Of a stretch of DNA of 64,000 nucleotides, positions 34,515 to 48,378 are shown piece after piece. The notes beneath the pieces were generated by a model. That model did not search any database and was not told where the DNA came from. It worked only from the letters and a program-made list of their open reading frames with translations. Every line of letters starts with the position of its first letter. The stretch's first letter is position 1. A program made the position numbers and the translations under genes. The DNA comes from Eukaryota sp. GEM-RC1 (lineage: Eukaryota), in contig JAUFOQ010000006.1 of assembly GCA_040285855.1 (NCBI GenBank), positions 1,860,001 to 1,924,000 on the forward strand, read 5' to 3'.

Positions 34515-35780
34515 TTAATAATTTAAAAAATCTTCAAACTTTGGAATTTCGATGGGAAACGTTTGCTTCCAATCATCTTGATCTCCCATCTCCCAATCCT
34601 GTAAATCATACACAAACTCCTTCCGACCCTCAATCTGATCAGCAGTTTCCACCGCCATTTCTTCCAACTTTTGATTGTGAATCTTAAACAACGACAAATG
34701 TTCTACACTCTCAAAAGGACCTGCTGACGGTTGATGACGTGAGCAGTTCTTGACTTTCCTAAATCGATAAAGAATATAGAAATGCGCCAGCTCCCATGCA
34801 TCTTGAGATAGATGAGTCTCATGCATATCAAACACTTTCATACGCTTCATTTCATTCTGCCCATACTTTGTTGACAGGTTATTCTCTAAAATCTCGGCAA
34901 AAGACATTTTACTGTCAAGTTCCAGGCCATAGCTCCTAGCTATATCACACATAACTTGTGGATGTATCAGATACTCTTCACAAACAGCAATGGCATCAGC
35001 TAACCAAAAGGTGTAAGGCGTACCAAACTTCTTGAGAGTAACTGACGGGGGAAAAACAACACCATAGAGACTTGAACCGAATCCAGGTGAAAGGACATCA
35101 GGATGACCGTCATCAATCATTCCTTGAGGGGGTTTAAAACCCTCAGAATGAGCTTTGAGTGATTCTCTGGTTTTCTTAACAATATAGTCAGAATTGGGTA
35201 CGGTGAGGACCGCGACCCCCCCTTGTCTCAATCTAGATGATACATTTTCAAAGAACTGGTGGGCTCTCTTCTCAAAATCAAACATGTAATGAGCAGCGAA
35301 CTGGCAAGAAACAACGTCAAACCACATGTCTGAAGGCAGTATTTTATCCAGGGAGTCACCGCCAACGTCAGAAACAATGAAAGAAGCAGGGAAGACAGAT
35401 TTGCTGTGGGAAGAACGTCTGTAGAGGTCTGCACGAGTCTGCATTACTTTGAGACGGTTATGAGCTTCACGGATTGAAGGCTCAACAACATCCACACAGA
35501 CATAGGAACGTGTACGTCCTTTTTCCCACTTACGAAGATCACCTCCACGACCACCACAAATGTCAAGAACATCTGGGTGAAGAGATTTTCGGTTACCCTT
35601 TATAAGTTGGATGGCCTCTGATATAATTGTGGATTTGATGTAGTTATTGAAGTAACGAACTTTAATTGACCGAAGATTACGGCGGTTTTCGCCTTCAGTT
35701 TTGGGAATGGAAGAGTAATGAGCTATAACATTGGATACAGAAGAGGAAGGCTTGTCAAAATCATCTTCAATATCAGACAT
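34515..35780 (-). CDS. RNMT: mRNA cap guanine-N7 methyltransferase
   Basis: FNNYIKS, VLDICGGRGGDLRKW, FDVVSCQFAAHY, YTFWLADAI..EEYLI. Confidence 0.95.
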   Translation of the reverse strand: MSDIEDDFDKPSSSVSNVIAHYSSIPKTEGENRRNLRSIKVRYFNNYIKSTIISEAIQLIKGNRKSLHPDVLDICGGRGGDLRKWEKGRTRSYVCVDVVEPSIREAHNRLKVMQTRADLYRRSSHSKSVFPASFIVSDVGGDSLDKILPSDMWFDVVSCQFAAHYMFDFEKRAHQFFENVSSRLRQGGVAVLTVPNSDYIVKKTRESLKAHSEGFKPPQGMIDDGHPDVLSPGFGSSLYGVVFPPSVTLKKFGTPYTFWLADAIAVCEEYLIHPQVMCDIARSYGLELDSKMSFAEILENNLSTKYGQNEMKRMKVFDMHETHLSQDAWELAHFYILYRFRKVKNCSRHQPSAGPFESVEHLSLFKIHNQKLEEMAVETADQIEGRKEFVYDLQDWEMGDQDDWKQTFPIEIPKFEDFLNY

Positions 35781-35823
35781 TAACTAAGGAGTTGGCTTGA
35801 AGGGAAAAATTTTGACTCTGAAG

Positions 35824-36451
35824 CAGTGTTGCGCCATAACCGAAAATAAATTTGCCATACGCGTATGGGCGTATGGACGTATGGCAGAATGGCTGACAAT
35901 GGCCATCAAGCCATATCTAGCACAATCTTTCCAACATCACTTAACTTCATAATGTTTAAATACCATCTCCTACACTGCAATTTGTCATCAAATTAGTAGA
36001 ACAAGTATGCTCTGTAGAATCGAGAGATAGAGTTTGAGTACGTATTCTTTCATTCACAACAAACGATGAAACAGACTTTTTTCACTTTGTAGAACTATTT
36101 TTTAAAAGAAGTGAGATAAGAACAAAAACAGACTTATAAAGGAACGCACAAAAACTGGTTTCTATACAAACCAATGGAACTCAGGTCAAAGACATCCAGC
36201 AATGGAAGCAGAGATGGTATCCTGATGGTGAAAATTTTCCAAGGAAATGGAAGATGTGGAGGTTTGGTTTTCATTAAAGTATACTTATCTACACAATTAT
36301 AAACATGTCATAGAGTCTCTGTGTCGAAGAAGTTCAAATAAAGATACATGTAGTCAAAATGTGTATGGCAAAAACAGAAAATGTAATATGCGTATGGGCG
36401 TACGCACGTATGGGAGTCCATACGTGTATGGCAAACAATGGCGCAACACTG
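35824..36451. mobile_element. hAT-type MITE
   Basis: TIRs CAGTGTTGCGCCAT / ATGGCGCAACACTG; 8-bp TSD CTCTGAAG; CGTATGG subterminal repeats. Confidence 0.9.
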
Positions 36452-36579
36452 CTCTGAAGTTCTGAGCATTCACTGTGTTTTGATTTACGTTTATTGGTGA
36501 GAGGCATGTACAAAAGAATTCTGCACCGTCTTTTAGTAGTACAAAATACAATTAAGTAAAAAAATGATTTTTTTAATGG

Positions 36580-36962
36580 CTGAAATTCAAAAGGTTTCAA
36601 TCACCGAGAAACAGCTGAAAAACGTAAAACTTATTTGGCTTCCAAAGATGTTGCCAAACTCAATCAAAATTTGTATTTGTTCCATTTGCTATTTCTATTT
36701 TTGGTTGTATTGATGAAATGGCTTCTCAGTTTTTAACTGATTTTGGATCTATGTCTAAGTCTCAGAATTAGAGATTTAAGTTATCAATTTGGCATAACCG
36801 TTTGATTTTTTCTTTTTCCGTTCGATGCCTGAGTCTTTTAAATCAACTTTCACAAAGTTGTATAAAAACTGTGGTACTGTTGACCAGGAATTTTCTGTGT
36901 CTAGTGTTTTGTAGTTTTTATTATGATATGTATTGTTGTACCCTCCATCATTAAACTGTTTC
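36580..36962 (+). mobile_element. Family B CRE-like 3' fragment
   Basis: Homologous to 555-836 plus 1725-1815. Confidence 0.65.
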
Positions 36963-37505
36963 AGCCAAGTACAACAACTATTATATTAAGAACATCTCCC
37001 ATAACCATCATCAATTGATCAGTATTTTCCTCGGAACTTTGCTTGAAAGCTATTAACTGGGATTCAGAGATACCAACAACTAAAAAAATATCAAAGTAGT
37101 TATCAAACTATAATTTCGGATTAACTGGACAACTCCACTCTTGATGTAAGATTACATCAAAATTTAAGTCCACCATTCATTGTTTGTTGCAAAAAGAATA
37201 CGTCGAAAATTGTAAAAACTTACAGTGTTCAACACCTTGCAATCAGTGGACAGTATACTTGGGTGGAATAATTGAAAACCGCGTAATCAATGATTCAATT
37301 CTGTTTCTTCAACATTCTATACACCTGACACAGTTGTACATGACAGACTTTTTATCAAAGCTGTGATAGCCACTGATCATAAATGTCTGAACTTGCTTGA
37401 TTACAATTCGTTAAAGTTCGTTTTAGTCTTCACTTTTTGACAAGGTATGACGTCATCAATGTTCCAAAGAAAGAATTTGCTAAACGTAACACTTTCTTCC
37501 TCAAA

Positions 37506-38096
37506 ATGACTTTCGTTGGATCTCAAACAGAAAAGAACTTAATCACCTCTTTTGTTCACGAATGCTGTGCAGCACAAAGATATGAAATGTTTGCTAAGAC
37601 AGCAACAAAAGAAGGTCATGCCTATATTGGTAAGATCTTTGATGAAACTGCTGCCATGGAACGTGTTCACGCAAACCAGTTTTATACCAAACTTCAAGGT
37701 GGAGAAGTAGAAGTGCAATCTGCTTTCCCTGCTGGAATCGCCGGAAGCAAACGTGTTGGTAACACAGCCACAAATCTTCAAATGTCTATTGATGGTGAGA
37801 ACCATGAACATCAAGTGGTCTACAAAGAGGCTGCTGAGGTCGCCGAAAAGGAAGGTTTCTCTGACATCGCCACTCTCTTCTCCAACGTTGCCAAAGCTGA
37901 GGAGTTCCATGCTAAACGCTTTGCTTACTTGCTTTTGAACCTTACAAACAAAACTCTCTATCATTCAAACGATGTTGTTTATTGGATCTGTTCGAATTGT
38001 GGATTTGTTGAATGTAGTACCGATGCTCCTGCTGTTTGTCCTGCATGCGCACACCCTAAGGGATATTTTTACAGAGAAGGAGTTTCCCTTAATTAG
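37506..38096 (+). CDS. rbr: Rubrerythrin (ferritin-like di-iron domain + rubredoxin-like domain)
   Basis: SQTEKNL..E..A..RY..A..EG..F..TA..E..HA; GENHE..Y; AEEFH; WICSNCG..APAVCPACAHPKGYF. Confidence 0.93.
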   Translation: MTFVGSQTEKNLITSFVHECCAAQRYEMFAKTATKEGHAYIGKIFDETAAMERVHANQFYTKLQGGEVEVQSAFPAGIAGSKRVGNTATNLQMSIDGENHEHQVVYKEAAEVAEKEGFSDIATLFSNVAKAEEFHAKRFAYLLLNLTNKTLYHSNDVVYWICSNCGFVECSTDAPAVCPACAHPKGYFYREGVSLN

Positions 38097-39090
38097 TTAA
38101 ATTGTGAATAAAAAACATTTATTTACTTCGATTTGAGAATTGTTTGTAATCGGGCATTATAACTGATCCAATTACATCCTTGAAATGTTTGTTGTGTGAG
38201 TGAAGCATGCAAAAGCCTTAGAAACCGAACTAATGTCTTGCGATTATTACAAGTCTATGTTGCTTGCTGGATAAGTACCAAGCAGAACATGTTGGTAGCA
38301 TGATTTTTATGGTAGACTGTTTGGAAGTATTTAATTTAGGTTATTATGAAGGATTTTTTAATGGATTAATACATTTATGAATGTAAAATATATTAACGAA
38401 TTGTCAAATGATAAGAGATGGACATTCTTGTAGGTTCACCAATTGACAAACATTTTTATAAAATACAGATCAGAATCATCACCATCACACTATCTATCCA
38501 CCAAAGAATCCCGAAACAATGCCCAAAGAACAGAATATTTCCTAGTTGTTGTTGAAAGAAAACAGAACCATTAACAAACCATAGCAATTACGGAAGCACA
38601 GGGAGGATCATGAAGCAGTATCACTATCTCTTTTAATTTGAATTGTTCGAGACACTAATATCTTACTTGCAACTATACCAACAAACAAAGTAGAAGCAAA
38701 TGACACTAATTGGATAAAGGTAAAAACCAGTGAGAATGATACATAGGAAATGAGACAAATTGAGATGTGCAGAACGTAGAAGGTTAGAACAAAATCCCAA
38801 ATTTTCGGTGGTTCTACAACAACATAAGCGACAATTAAACCAACAATGATGGAAAAAACAGATTATAAACAATTTGAACCGATGATTCGTAAGCAAGAGG
38901 ATGAAACATCGACACAAGAGATATTGGTCGACCAAAAGGCAAAAAGAACAAAGAAAAGACTAACTGCAGAGCATACGAAGACACTTGAATGCATAGTATC
39001 TGAAAGAATGTAAGACCAAGCCGTATTTGAGCTTTCTTGGATATGGGACGAAATCGCATTTGGTTGAACAAATTCTGACATACTCAAAAG

Positions 39091-40636
39091 ATGCCATCTA
39101 CCCCTCTTCTTCCCGGGTTTTCTGTCCGAGACTACAGCTTTGAGAAGTCTTATAATAAGAAGCATGTTTTTGATTACAGCTGCAACATTCCTGTCGTTCA
39201 AGGAGGTTTCAGCATCCCCCATGAAAATATTGAGGTACCAGAGAATGTTGACACATCCCTACTGAATTGTTCCATCAACACCTCCACTTACGGCTCTTTT
39301 TTCAGTCATTCCTCCAAAGATTTTGTTCCCGCTTTCGTTGAAAAGGACAAAGTTCTACGTTTCTTTGGCTACTTCCTCGAAACAGTTCGTGACTCACCTC
39401 ACGAAACATATCGCATCCGTTTTTGCAAAATTGACTACTTTTTGGTCGACGACACTCTACAAGTCTTGGAACCAGCTGAAGAGAACTCTGGTCTCCCCTC
39501 AAGGCGTCTTCCTCAAGCGTTCAACCGTAGTCAACCCAAAGATCAGCTCCCCATTCACTCCTAGTGACTTTCAGATTGGTCACGTCATATCTATTTATAA
39601 CCGCAACATCAAACTCTACGACTGTAACGAGTCAACCCGTCACTACTACGATGAAATTGACTCTCCTCTAGAACCCTCCCTACCAAAACCTTCAAACGAC
39701 TCTAAACCTCAAACTTCCTTTAACAGAACTTCTTTAGTCTCACATCAGGGTAATCCGGGCTGCGAGGGCTTGAAGTACCTCGATTCCTTCTTGAAAAATG
39801 ACCGAAAAATCCTCCGTTTCTTTTGTCACTATTTTGACTCTTTCCAACAGGCCTACGTCTCTCTTGTTCTTCTCTACTATCTAGCTGACAACTCTGTTGA
39901 GATCATCCAACCTTTCTCTAATGACGACGGCAAGGGAGGAGATGAAGAAGTTCTTGAAGAGGGGTAAACTTCCAGTTGATAGTGATTTGAATCTCTCTCT
40001 TACACCTTCAATGCTTGCTGAGGAAGTCCAGTTCTTGGTTGCATCTGATCTTTATGTCGGTAAAGAGCTCACAGTCTTTAAACACTTGATTGTGATTGTT
40101 GGCTGTGATAAGTTTACCAGTGATTGGTTACGTGATGAGGGAATCCAGGATGACGCGACAGTTATGACTATGAAGGACTTGTCACGTGATAAGTCTGAGA
40201 AAAGAAGGTTGCTGAAATTGAGATTCCTCCGAGAGAGATTTTGATTGGTGATGACGAGGATTCAATGGGCTCAGTTAAATCGTTGATTCCAAAACCACCT
40301 TCCAAAAACGTTTCCAAAATATTAAATAATGTTAAAATTAAGTACAGATTCAGAGCCAAACTAGTTGCAGACTCAATCATTGACTGTGATCGTCGTTTCG
40401 TAATCACTTGGTTCGACTCTGATGATACTCTTTCCATTTTCGAAGAATCTCTACCAAACTCTGGAATCGTTGGCGGTCAGTTTCTAGGTCGTAGCCGTCC
40501 TAAGAAAGCAGATGGAAAGATTGTAACATTGGAGGACTTAGGTATTGGAAAGGAAGTGGCCATATACTCTCGTGTTTTTAGAATTGTTGATGCAGACCAA
40601 TTTACACGGGATCGATTGAACTTGACAGTCGAATAA
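39091..40636 (+). CDS. EFHC1/Rib72-like axonemal protein with three DM10 domains (three frameshifts)
   Basis: TPLLPGFS; DKVLRFFGYF..YFLVDDTLQVLEP..NSGL; DRKILRFF..YYLADNSVEI; RRFVITWF.SDDTLSIFE..PNSGIVGGQFL. Confidence 0.88.
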
Positions 40637-40719
40637 TTAAATTAAAGTAGTTTTAATAAATTTTGTATTTTACACTATATCAACAATTATACACCAGTTA
40701 GTTAATTACACTTTCCTTA

Positions 40720-42725
40720 TCACCGCAACATCCTCTTTTTTTCCATTTCAATTCTTCTCTTCCTCAACTCCATTAGCTGTAATCTTCTCTCTTCCAACTT
40801 CTCTGCTAAGTTCTCTCGGTCATTATCCTTCTTTTGGCTAATTGGAGTCTCGAGATTCCCTTGAGCAGAAGGTATAGACTCTATTGGGGAAGGCGATTGT
40901 TCTAAAGGAGATGGGATTTGCAAGAATTCTTCAGGTGTTAATGATTCCTCAGCTGATAAACTTCCCTCTGTAAGGTCATCAGCTTCACTGTCCTCATCGA
41001 GCGGACTATCAATGTCGTGAGTGAGCTCTTCGACTGGGAGCTGTTCTGATAGAGAGAGATTGTTGATTGCTTCTGACTGGACATCGACTTCTTCTGATGG
41101 ACCGTCATCATGTTCTGATTGACCGTCACTAAGAGAATCGTCATCGGAAGCAGAGAAATCATCAACCTCAGCAAACTGGAAGGTTTCCGATGGACTTTCC
41201 TTAACCGGAGCAGAATCAATGATGACGTGATCGTTATGAAGAATAACGTCAACATTTTGACCTGATTGTTTACAAAGAAACCCATAGTCTGAACGTAATC
41301 GATTGAGAGATTCAATTGTTTCGTTTTTATCTTTTGAAACATCTTCTAAAGCATAAGTGACTTTTTCAAGTTGAATTTGGAACTTTCTCTTGGACTCGTC
41401 AGTTTGCAAGGAAACGGAAAGTTCCATTAATCGATCAGAAAAAGAGATCAGAGACGTTTCCTTTTCCTGTAGGTCAAGCAATTTTTCTTCAAACGATTGG
41501 ATTCTCGACTGAATAGCGTTCATTTGATTCTGAATTAAGGGAACATCACTCACTTTTGATTGATCACGTGGAGTTTGATTAGACTCCTTCTTAGTTGGTG
41601 ATTGAAACTTCATTGGAGATTTAATAAGTCCAGCACCACGGGAAAAGAGATCTTCGGTCGTGAGAATTCCAAAGACTTTTTGGGAGTTCTCACGGATTTA
41701 AAACTTTTAATTTTTTCATTAGATTTAGAAACAGTACAAATGCCTAAATTTACAGATACACTGACCTCAATTGATTTTAACATGGTTTTAATCTCGGAAA
41801 TCAACGACTCTTTGATTGGGATCATCGGCAACAACTCAATCGAAATGATTGAAGGCTTTGTAATCAACGACTGTAGACATTCGAGTACTGACGAATCTTT
41901 GATTGGAACATTTGAAAGAGAAAAGATTTCTAAAAATTCTAATTGACTGATAGCTGATACTAAGAGGGAAATAAAAGAGGAAGGTATCAGATTATGATTG
42001 GGTGATTCCGAAGTGACAGTTACTGCAGAGAACTGAGAAACCGAGAGACAAGTTTGCAGAAGCTTCCTAATTACTCCGTATGAAGTACGTTGTTCAATGC
42101 TAGTGCCTAAGTGTTTATGTTGGAGAGGATGTGGTGAAAGGTTGCCAAGTTTAAGTACACGGAGAAGAGAGAATTTGGGGAGTGATTGGGAAAGAGTAGT
42201 AAAGTAAGATGACGTGAGTTTGGCTGATTCTAGACAGAGAGTGGTGATCTTGCATCCAGATAGGAGGTGGAGAAAGGTGGAGAAATGGGAGAGGGGAATT
42301 GAAGTATCCGAGAGAGAGAATGAAGAGAATCCACCTCGTTCTTGGAGAAGCTCTAGTAGTGTTTGCAGAGAGGTTAAAGTAGTCTCTTCCAGTGGTACAC
42401 TAGAGAAAGAAAGGGAATAGAGGTAAGGACGAGGGTAAGAGGCTGGTAGACCAGCGAAGTATGTGGTTAGACTCAGTATTGCACTGACGAGATGATCTTC
42501 ATTAAGTGATGGATGGTCGAAATGCAATGAATCGGAAAAGTTGGCAAATAGATCAAAGATAAAGGTGGAAGATGGCAGAGAGTTATCAGAGCAATATGAA
42601 GTATAAGTATCTGAAAGCAGCATGAATCCGGAGTAATTGAGATTTAAACAATACACAGCACAGAGTAAACAAAAGTACATTAAAAGAAACTTTTCACTGT
42701 TCATGAGGATTACCCATGAATTCAC
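40720..42725 (-). CDS. Hypothetical protein: LRR-like N-terminal half + acidic/coiled-coil C-terminal half (probably one frameshifted gene)
   Basis: Two overlapping same-strand ORFs (41610-42725, 40720-41613). Confidence 0.55.
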
Positions 42726-43685
42726 TCACTGATCATTCCATCTGTTTGATTGATAAAGTAGTTTAAAGGACAACAAAATGCTTTGGGTAAGAAGAAATCT
42801 ATTTGTCGTTTTCAGCTTCATTTGTTGATGTTCCAAAAAGATTGTTGATTACAAACTGATATACGATTCAAGTCAATCAGTGACGTGTCTACCTGTACTT
42901 TCAATTAGATTTAAAACATGTTGAAGTTTTATTTTAGCTCACATTGCTGGAACATTCGAACGTTTCTCTGTAATCATTGATTGCACGATGAAAGGTGTTT
43001 TGCACCTAAATTAACAATTGTGTGACACGTTTGAGGGCTTTTCTAGAAAATCAAAGTTAAAAAAAAATGGATAATTGATCCGCTGAAAGAAGCTGAGAAC
43101 GATAAAGTGTCTAAGTACGTACATCAAGTTGCTGCATTGAATTCACGAAGACACAATAATATCGTCTTTCAGCCTTTTGCAGTTTCTTTGTACGGATATT
43201 TAGGTTCTTCGAGGGTTTACTGTACAAGCAACCATAAACACCATATATACTATGCACTACCTAATAGACCACCCATAAAACAAAGGAAAAGGGATGTTCT
43301 CCCATAATATGGTGTTCTATTAGGGGAAGTATAGAAAATTTGTTTAAAAAATGTGCTATCGTTTTGACCAAGCAATTATAAAGGATATAAATATGAACGC
43401 AGTTTCGAGTATTCCAATATGAGCAACTTTTAGAACACATATACTTGCGTGCATTAGGACACATAGAATCGATAGAATTTGTATTATTTGTTACAAAAAG
43501 TTAGAAAAAAATATATCAGAATATGAAATCAAGTAATCAAGAATGGGTCAAATTTAATTTAAAATAATACAGAAAAACGAACAAACGTTTCCAAACAAAC
43601 TAAAAAGTATTACATATACTTCTCTAAAAACAAAACAATATACATCAAGTGCAAAAAATCATCAAGAAAAAGACAACAATCACTC

Positions 43686-46600
43686 TCAAGATTTAAACAA
43701 CTCATCGATTTTCTTACTCAAATCATTAACTTTATGATCGTTGAAATCGCCAAAACCTTTCAAAATCCTGGTCTGCTTGTGTTTAAATGGCTTTGAAAGC
43801 TCATTCATTCTGACCTTGTTTACTATTTTCTTGGGCTTTTGAATCACACTAGATTTTGATTGTGATTGCAGACTTCTTAAAGAAACTCTGTTTTTGGCAA
43901 GTGACGGATTGGTCAGGGAAAGAGCGACCTTATCATCATACTCAGAATGGTAATCATCTGGATTAATAGAGCTCATCGCTTCCAGAGTGGAAACTAGCAG
44001 CTCTCGTTGACTTGTCAGGAAATATTCGTAATCAATATCAAAATTCCAAAACTCAGATGTATGACCAACCACTTTACCTGTATAGTCAACAATGTAAACG
44101 TCAGCAGAACAATCAGTACCTAAACAAATCACTCTAGGATGATCAAACAACGATACAGACGTCACCATTCCCTTAACTAACTTGTCGAGAGCAAAGCTGG
44201 CTAGAATGAAGTAGTTTACATCAAGTAAAGAAACCAGCCGATTATTAATAAATAAAGACTTGTGTTCTAATGGAGGTAGTTCAAAGTAACACGACGTATA
44301 GTCTTCAACAGTCTCTCCAGTCACGTGACAATGAAACAGATTTTTAAAATCAATAATATACGATATTCCGTTGGTCATTGTTACTAAAAATAGTCCATAC
44401 TCTTTACTTACTGTTGCTGACGATATACTCCGAGCCAACGAAGCACACCTAAGATAAATAGACTGCATAGAAGGTTCAATTGAAGGCTCATGAGGACTTG
44501 CTGAATCATTTGAAAGAACTTCTGGCCATGTACATTGACAAGACAGCAACTTCAAAAAGGAGCAATGGGTGTAGCATCGCGAGCACCACGTACATGAGAA
44601 ATCAAAAGATTACCATGGGTATCACCAGTAAGTAGAAGTCCAGTTTCTACGTATTCCATTACAGTCAGGCCACCAGGATGTTGGAGAAGAGGCAGTCCCT
44701 TGTTGAGGATTTTAAAAGATAATGAATCAAATCCATATACTTTACCACAAGTAGTACCAACGACAAAGAAAGGGAGTGACGAAACATGAGAGTCGTAAAC
44801 GTGATCCAATGACGTGCACGAGAAGGGCTCAAAGGGTAATCGAGTGACTGACAGAGGGTAAAGCATGCCATCAACAGCGTTCTCGTTAAAGAAAAGCACG
44901 TTTCCATCAGTGTACAAGGCACAAACGTAACGTAACTCAGGAGCAAAGGCCATAGAGACTATATCAACACAGTAAACCTGGCCAGTGTCCTCATCAACTG
45001 GGCAAAGAGTCTTTAGAATAGCCCCATTGGCTACATTGAGAACTTTAACAAAACCATCTGAATATCCCACAATCAACTTACGTTCCCTATCATCAAAGAT
45101 CATAGCCACACCTTCCTTTTCTGAGTACCACTCAAACAACTTAGATCCAGTACTCCCATCCCAAGTAAAGATAGCCTTGGGGGAGAGAGAAATGAAGTTG
45201 AGGAGGGAGTCAGCAAAGAGAATTGAAATGACTCTGTGGTGGGCGGTGTGATCTTCTAGTAGGGGAGGTTTCTTAATTAATACTTGGAAGTTACATAAGG
45301 GCCCAGAAGCGCTTGTGATGACGAATCTGGGTAGAGCAACTGATGAATCGACCTTGATCCCCATGTTGATTACTTGAATGCATTCTAAAGTGATTAATGA
45401 CCATATGCAGACAAATCGGTCTTGATCAAACGTAGCCAGATAACTCTCGTCATCTAACAAACATTGTGATAGAATTGGAGTTCCGTGGAAATGGCCACCT
45501 CCTAGTTTAAAAACAAAGTCACTAGAAGTACAGTTGTATCCTAAAGCGTATCTGGAAAGGAAAGAGTGACCGCCACACGAGCCCTATCACTCCAAACAAT
45601 ACTAATCACTGCTTGATTGGTCACGTGACCAGAGCTCTCAGGAGACACTGTCTTATTTGTTCCCCCTCGAAACTCCCCCTGACAACAAATCAAACCAAAG
45701 AACAGATCCATCCTGGAATCCAACAATGACTAACTTTAAGAAGGGAGCGTTGGCTAGAGAAGTGGCAGGAACCCCTTGTTTCTCAGATAAGTACTTTTGA
45801 GGGAAAACCCAAGACTGTTGTCGCAGTGGTGGTAGGACGTTGAGTTTAGACATAGAGGGGATACCAGAAATGTCCTTATCTTTGCTGGTATCGTGGTCCA
45901 GATCTTTTGTTTCGTGGAATGCCCAGTAAACTGAAGCGACTGGCCAAGGGGAAGCATTCTCAAGAACTCCGAGTCTAGATAGAGGTGCTAGAGCTGGAAC
46001 AGAGTAAACGAAAACATCACCAGAAGCTAGTCCTATAGCGACAGAGCAACATTCGTTCTCATCGTCAATTACTGGAGCTAGAGAGAGTACGGGGGGAAGG
46101 GCAAAGGATCTTAGTCTTTTGAACAAGGGTGACAGCATCCCAGACTGACACGTGGCAGTCTGTTGAGCCTGATACTAGCCATGGCCAAGAGAGGTACGCG
46201 TTACGAGAGAAGGGGCAGAGACAGGTGCAAGGAGCTAAGTGAGCAGCAAAGACAGTGGTCCGGGAGGAGAGATAGCGTGACACGTCATCAGAGAATGGAT
46301 CCATTTGAGTCATTGGGGCATTCTCCCAAGCAACAATGTTAGGGGAGTTGTCAAGACAGGCAAAGAGACGAGAGGCTGGGGCATCAATGAAGACAACAGA
46401 GTGAATGGAAGCACGTGAGACACTGATACCAGTAGCTCTAATGACTGGGGAGAGGATGTACTGAGAGGAGAGTTTTGTTTGGAGGTTGGTCGTGATGCAG
46501 GATGCTACGTAGGCAGAGAACTCGTCACTTTCTAGGGTACCATCTCCGTTAACATCAATTTCACAGAAAAGTTGGGTTAATGCAAGATCGAGTTCTAAAG

Positions 46601-46871
46601 GTAAGAAGCAATCTTTGAATGAGGGTGAGAGGTACTTCTTCATGACGACAACAAAGATAGGAAGGACTACTTCGTTGTTGAGAAGAATGTCACGAATTGC
46701 AGCAAGAGCTTCAGGAGAGACGTCAAGCATAATGGAGCGAACAAAAGAGGCTTCATTGCCTCTTCGAAAAGCCTTGATATTGAGAGAATGAGGTGTAACT
46801 TGGGTTCGAGAACGGGAGCGTTTTACGGAAGCAGATGAAGCATTGATAGAGTGACTGTACAGTGAAGCCAT
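43686..46871 (-). CDS. EF-hand + WD40-repeat protein (several frameshifts)
   Basis: LFCEIDVNGDGTLESDEF; LVSGSTDCHVSVWD; LIVGYSDGFVKVLN; consecutive same-strand ORFs. Confidence 0.75.
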
Positions 46872-47184
46872 CGTGGGGATACTATTTTTGTCTTGACATG
46901 TATGAAGTAAGCGATTGGCAAAACTATATAAAAAACTGTGCAACTTTCCTTCTGAAAAATATATTCAGACACTTGATTATTGGGTTGGGAGTTCGTCGTG
47001 ATGACTCTTGGTCTTGGAAACAATTGATTTAACAAAATCAGCGAAAACAATGGATGTGACACAATCCAAAAGTTAACCAAAGACCTTCACTATTAAGGGT
47101 CCTGTTTGAAACGTTTGCGTAAAAAATTTAAAAATTTTTCTAATAGTGCATTGATACAGGAAGTTAACGATGAAATAGAGAGAT

Positions 47185-47488
47185 GTTTATTCGGCACCCA
47201 ATAAGGTAACCTTTCTACAAACTATGAAATTGTAAAAACAAACAAATAATACTAAGATTAAATCCAAACGACTTCATCACCACCCGGTAAAAGATTACGT
47301 TTATCTACATGAACCTTCACACCAAACTTGTACAATTTCTCAATTAATCTAGAGAAATAGAAAGGCATATTCCGATATATGGAAAACACTATACGGTTTT
47401 TCCATTCAGCCATTCTAAACTTACGCTTCTTTTCTTTACACAATTCTTCGAAATCCTTGAAAAATTGATCACCAGCAGGACTAATAGA
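47185..47488 (-). mobile_element. Family A CRE-like 3' fragment
   Basis: Near-identical to 848-1150. Confidence 0.85.
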
Positions 47489-48255
47489 AATATATCAAAA
47501 GTCTATTTGGTACCTAATCTTAGTATTATTTGTTTGTTTTTGCAATTTCAAAGTTTTGTAGGAAGGTAACCTTATTTATTGGGTATTGAATAAAGTTTAG
47601 TATTTTTAAAATATATAAACATATTTGTAAAAGTATAAGCCCAATCCGTTGAAAGATGTCGTTTTTCAACATTAACATTCACCAACCTTGAAGAATTTCT
47701 CAGCTAAACTTATTACACTACAACTACTATATTTAAGAGTGATTGTACAATAGGTTATCCAAATCAGTTTCAATTATATATGTTTCCCAAAATATTTGAA
47801 TGATATGCTAAACAAATTTTTTCGTGGTAGCTCAAGGGTAGATGTAGATCATTTAATATCTTTTAAGTTCTACTATTAGTAGTTTGTATTTGGATAATTT
47901 ACAACATAAAACAGTTTCAATTCAGTGTACAATCATTTGTCTGTGTATTCAGGTATCAGGCTGAGGTATTCGTTTTGGGGATTATAGGTATACTCTACTT
48001 TCTGACGTGCTGTAATGGAAGGTTTGAAAAATTCAGTAGAAAATTAAATGTTTTGCAAGTTTTTAAACTAATACATTGCCCAATGATGCCAAACATTGAT
48101 TTAATCAAACAGACAAAATACGATGTCGACCGTTTCTCTCATATATGTCATATATATCAGTTAAAGGAATTTTAGAGCTCATAAAAAAATACAAATACTC
48201 TTTTCCAACAAAAAACAATACATAATATTATTTTTGAAAGTAATACTGTACTGTA

Positions 48256-48378
48256 CAGTCTTTTTCCCGGTTTATGTCCACCTCTTGGACTGGAGATAAA
48301 CCGACTTGGACATAAACCGACTTGGACATAAACCGAATTGGACATAAACCGAATTGGACATAAACCGGGGGAAGACTG
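48256..48378. mobile_element. Small mariner-type MITE with 16-bp internal tandem repeats
   Basis: TIRs CAGTCTT..CCCGGTTTATGTCCA / TGGACATAAACCGGG.GAAGACTG, TA flanks. Confidence 0.75.

Noticed and set aside
47826..47850. tRNA-like GGTAGCTCAAGGGTAGA
   Set aside because: No T-arm or acceptor stem; the segment resembles 32860-32940 and is probably a decayed retroelement piece.
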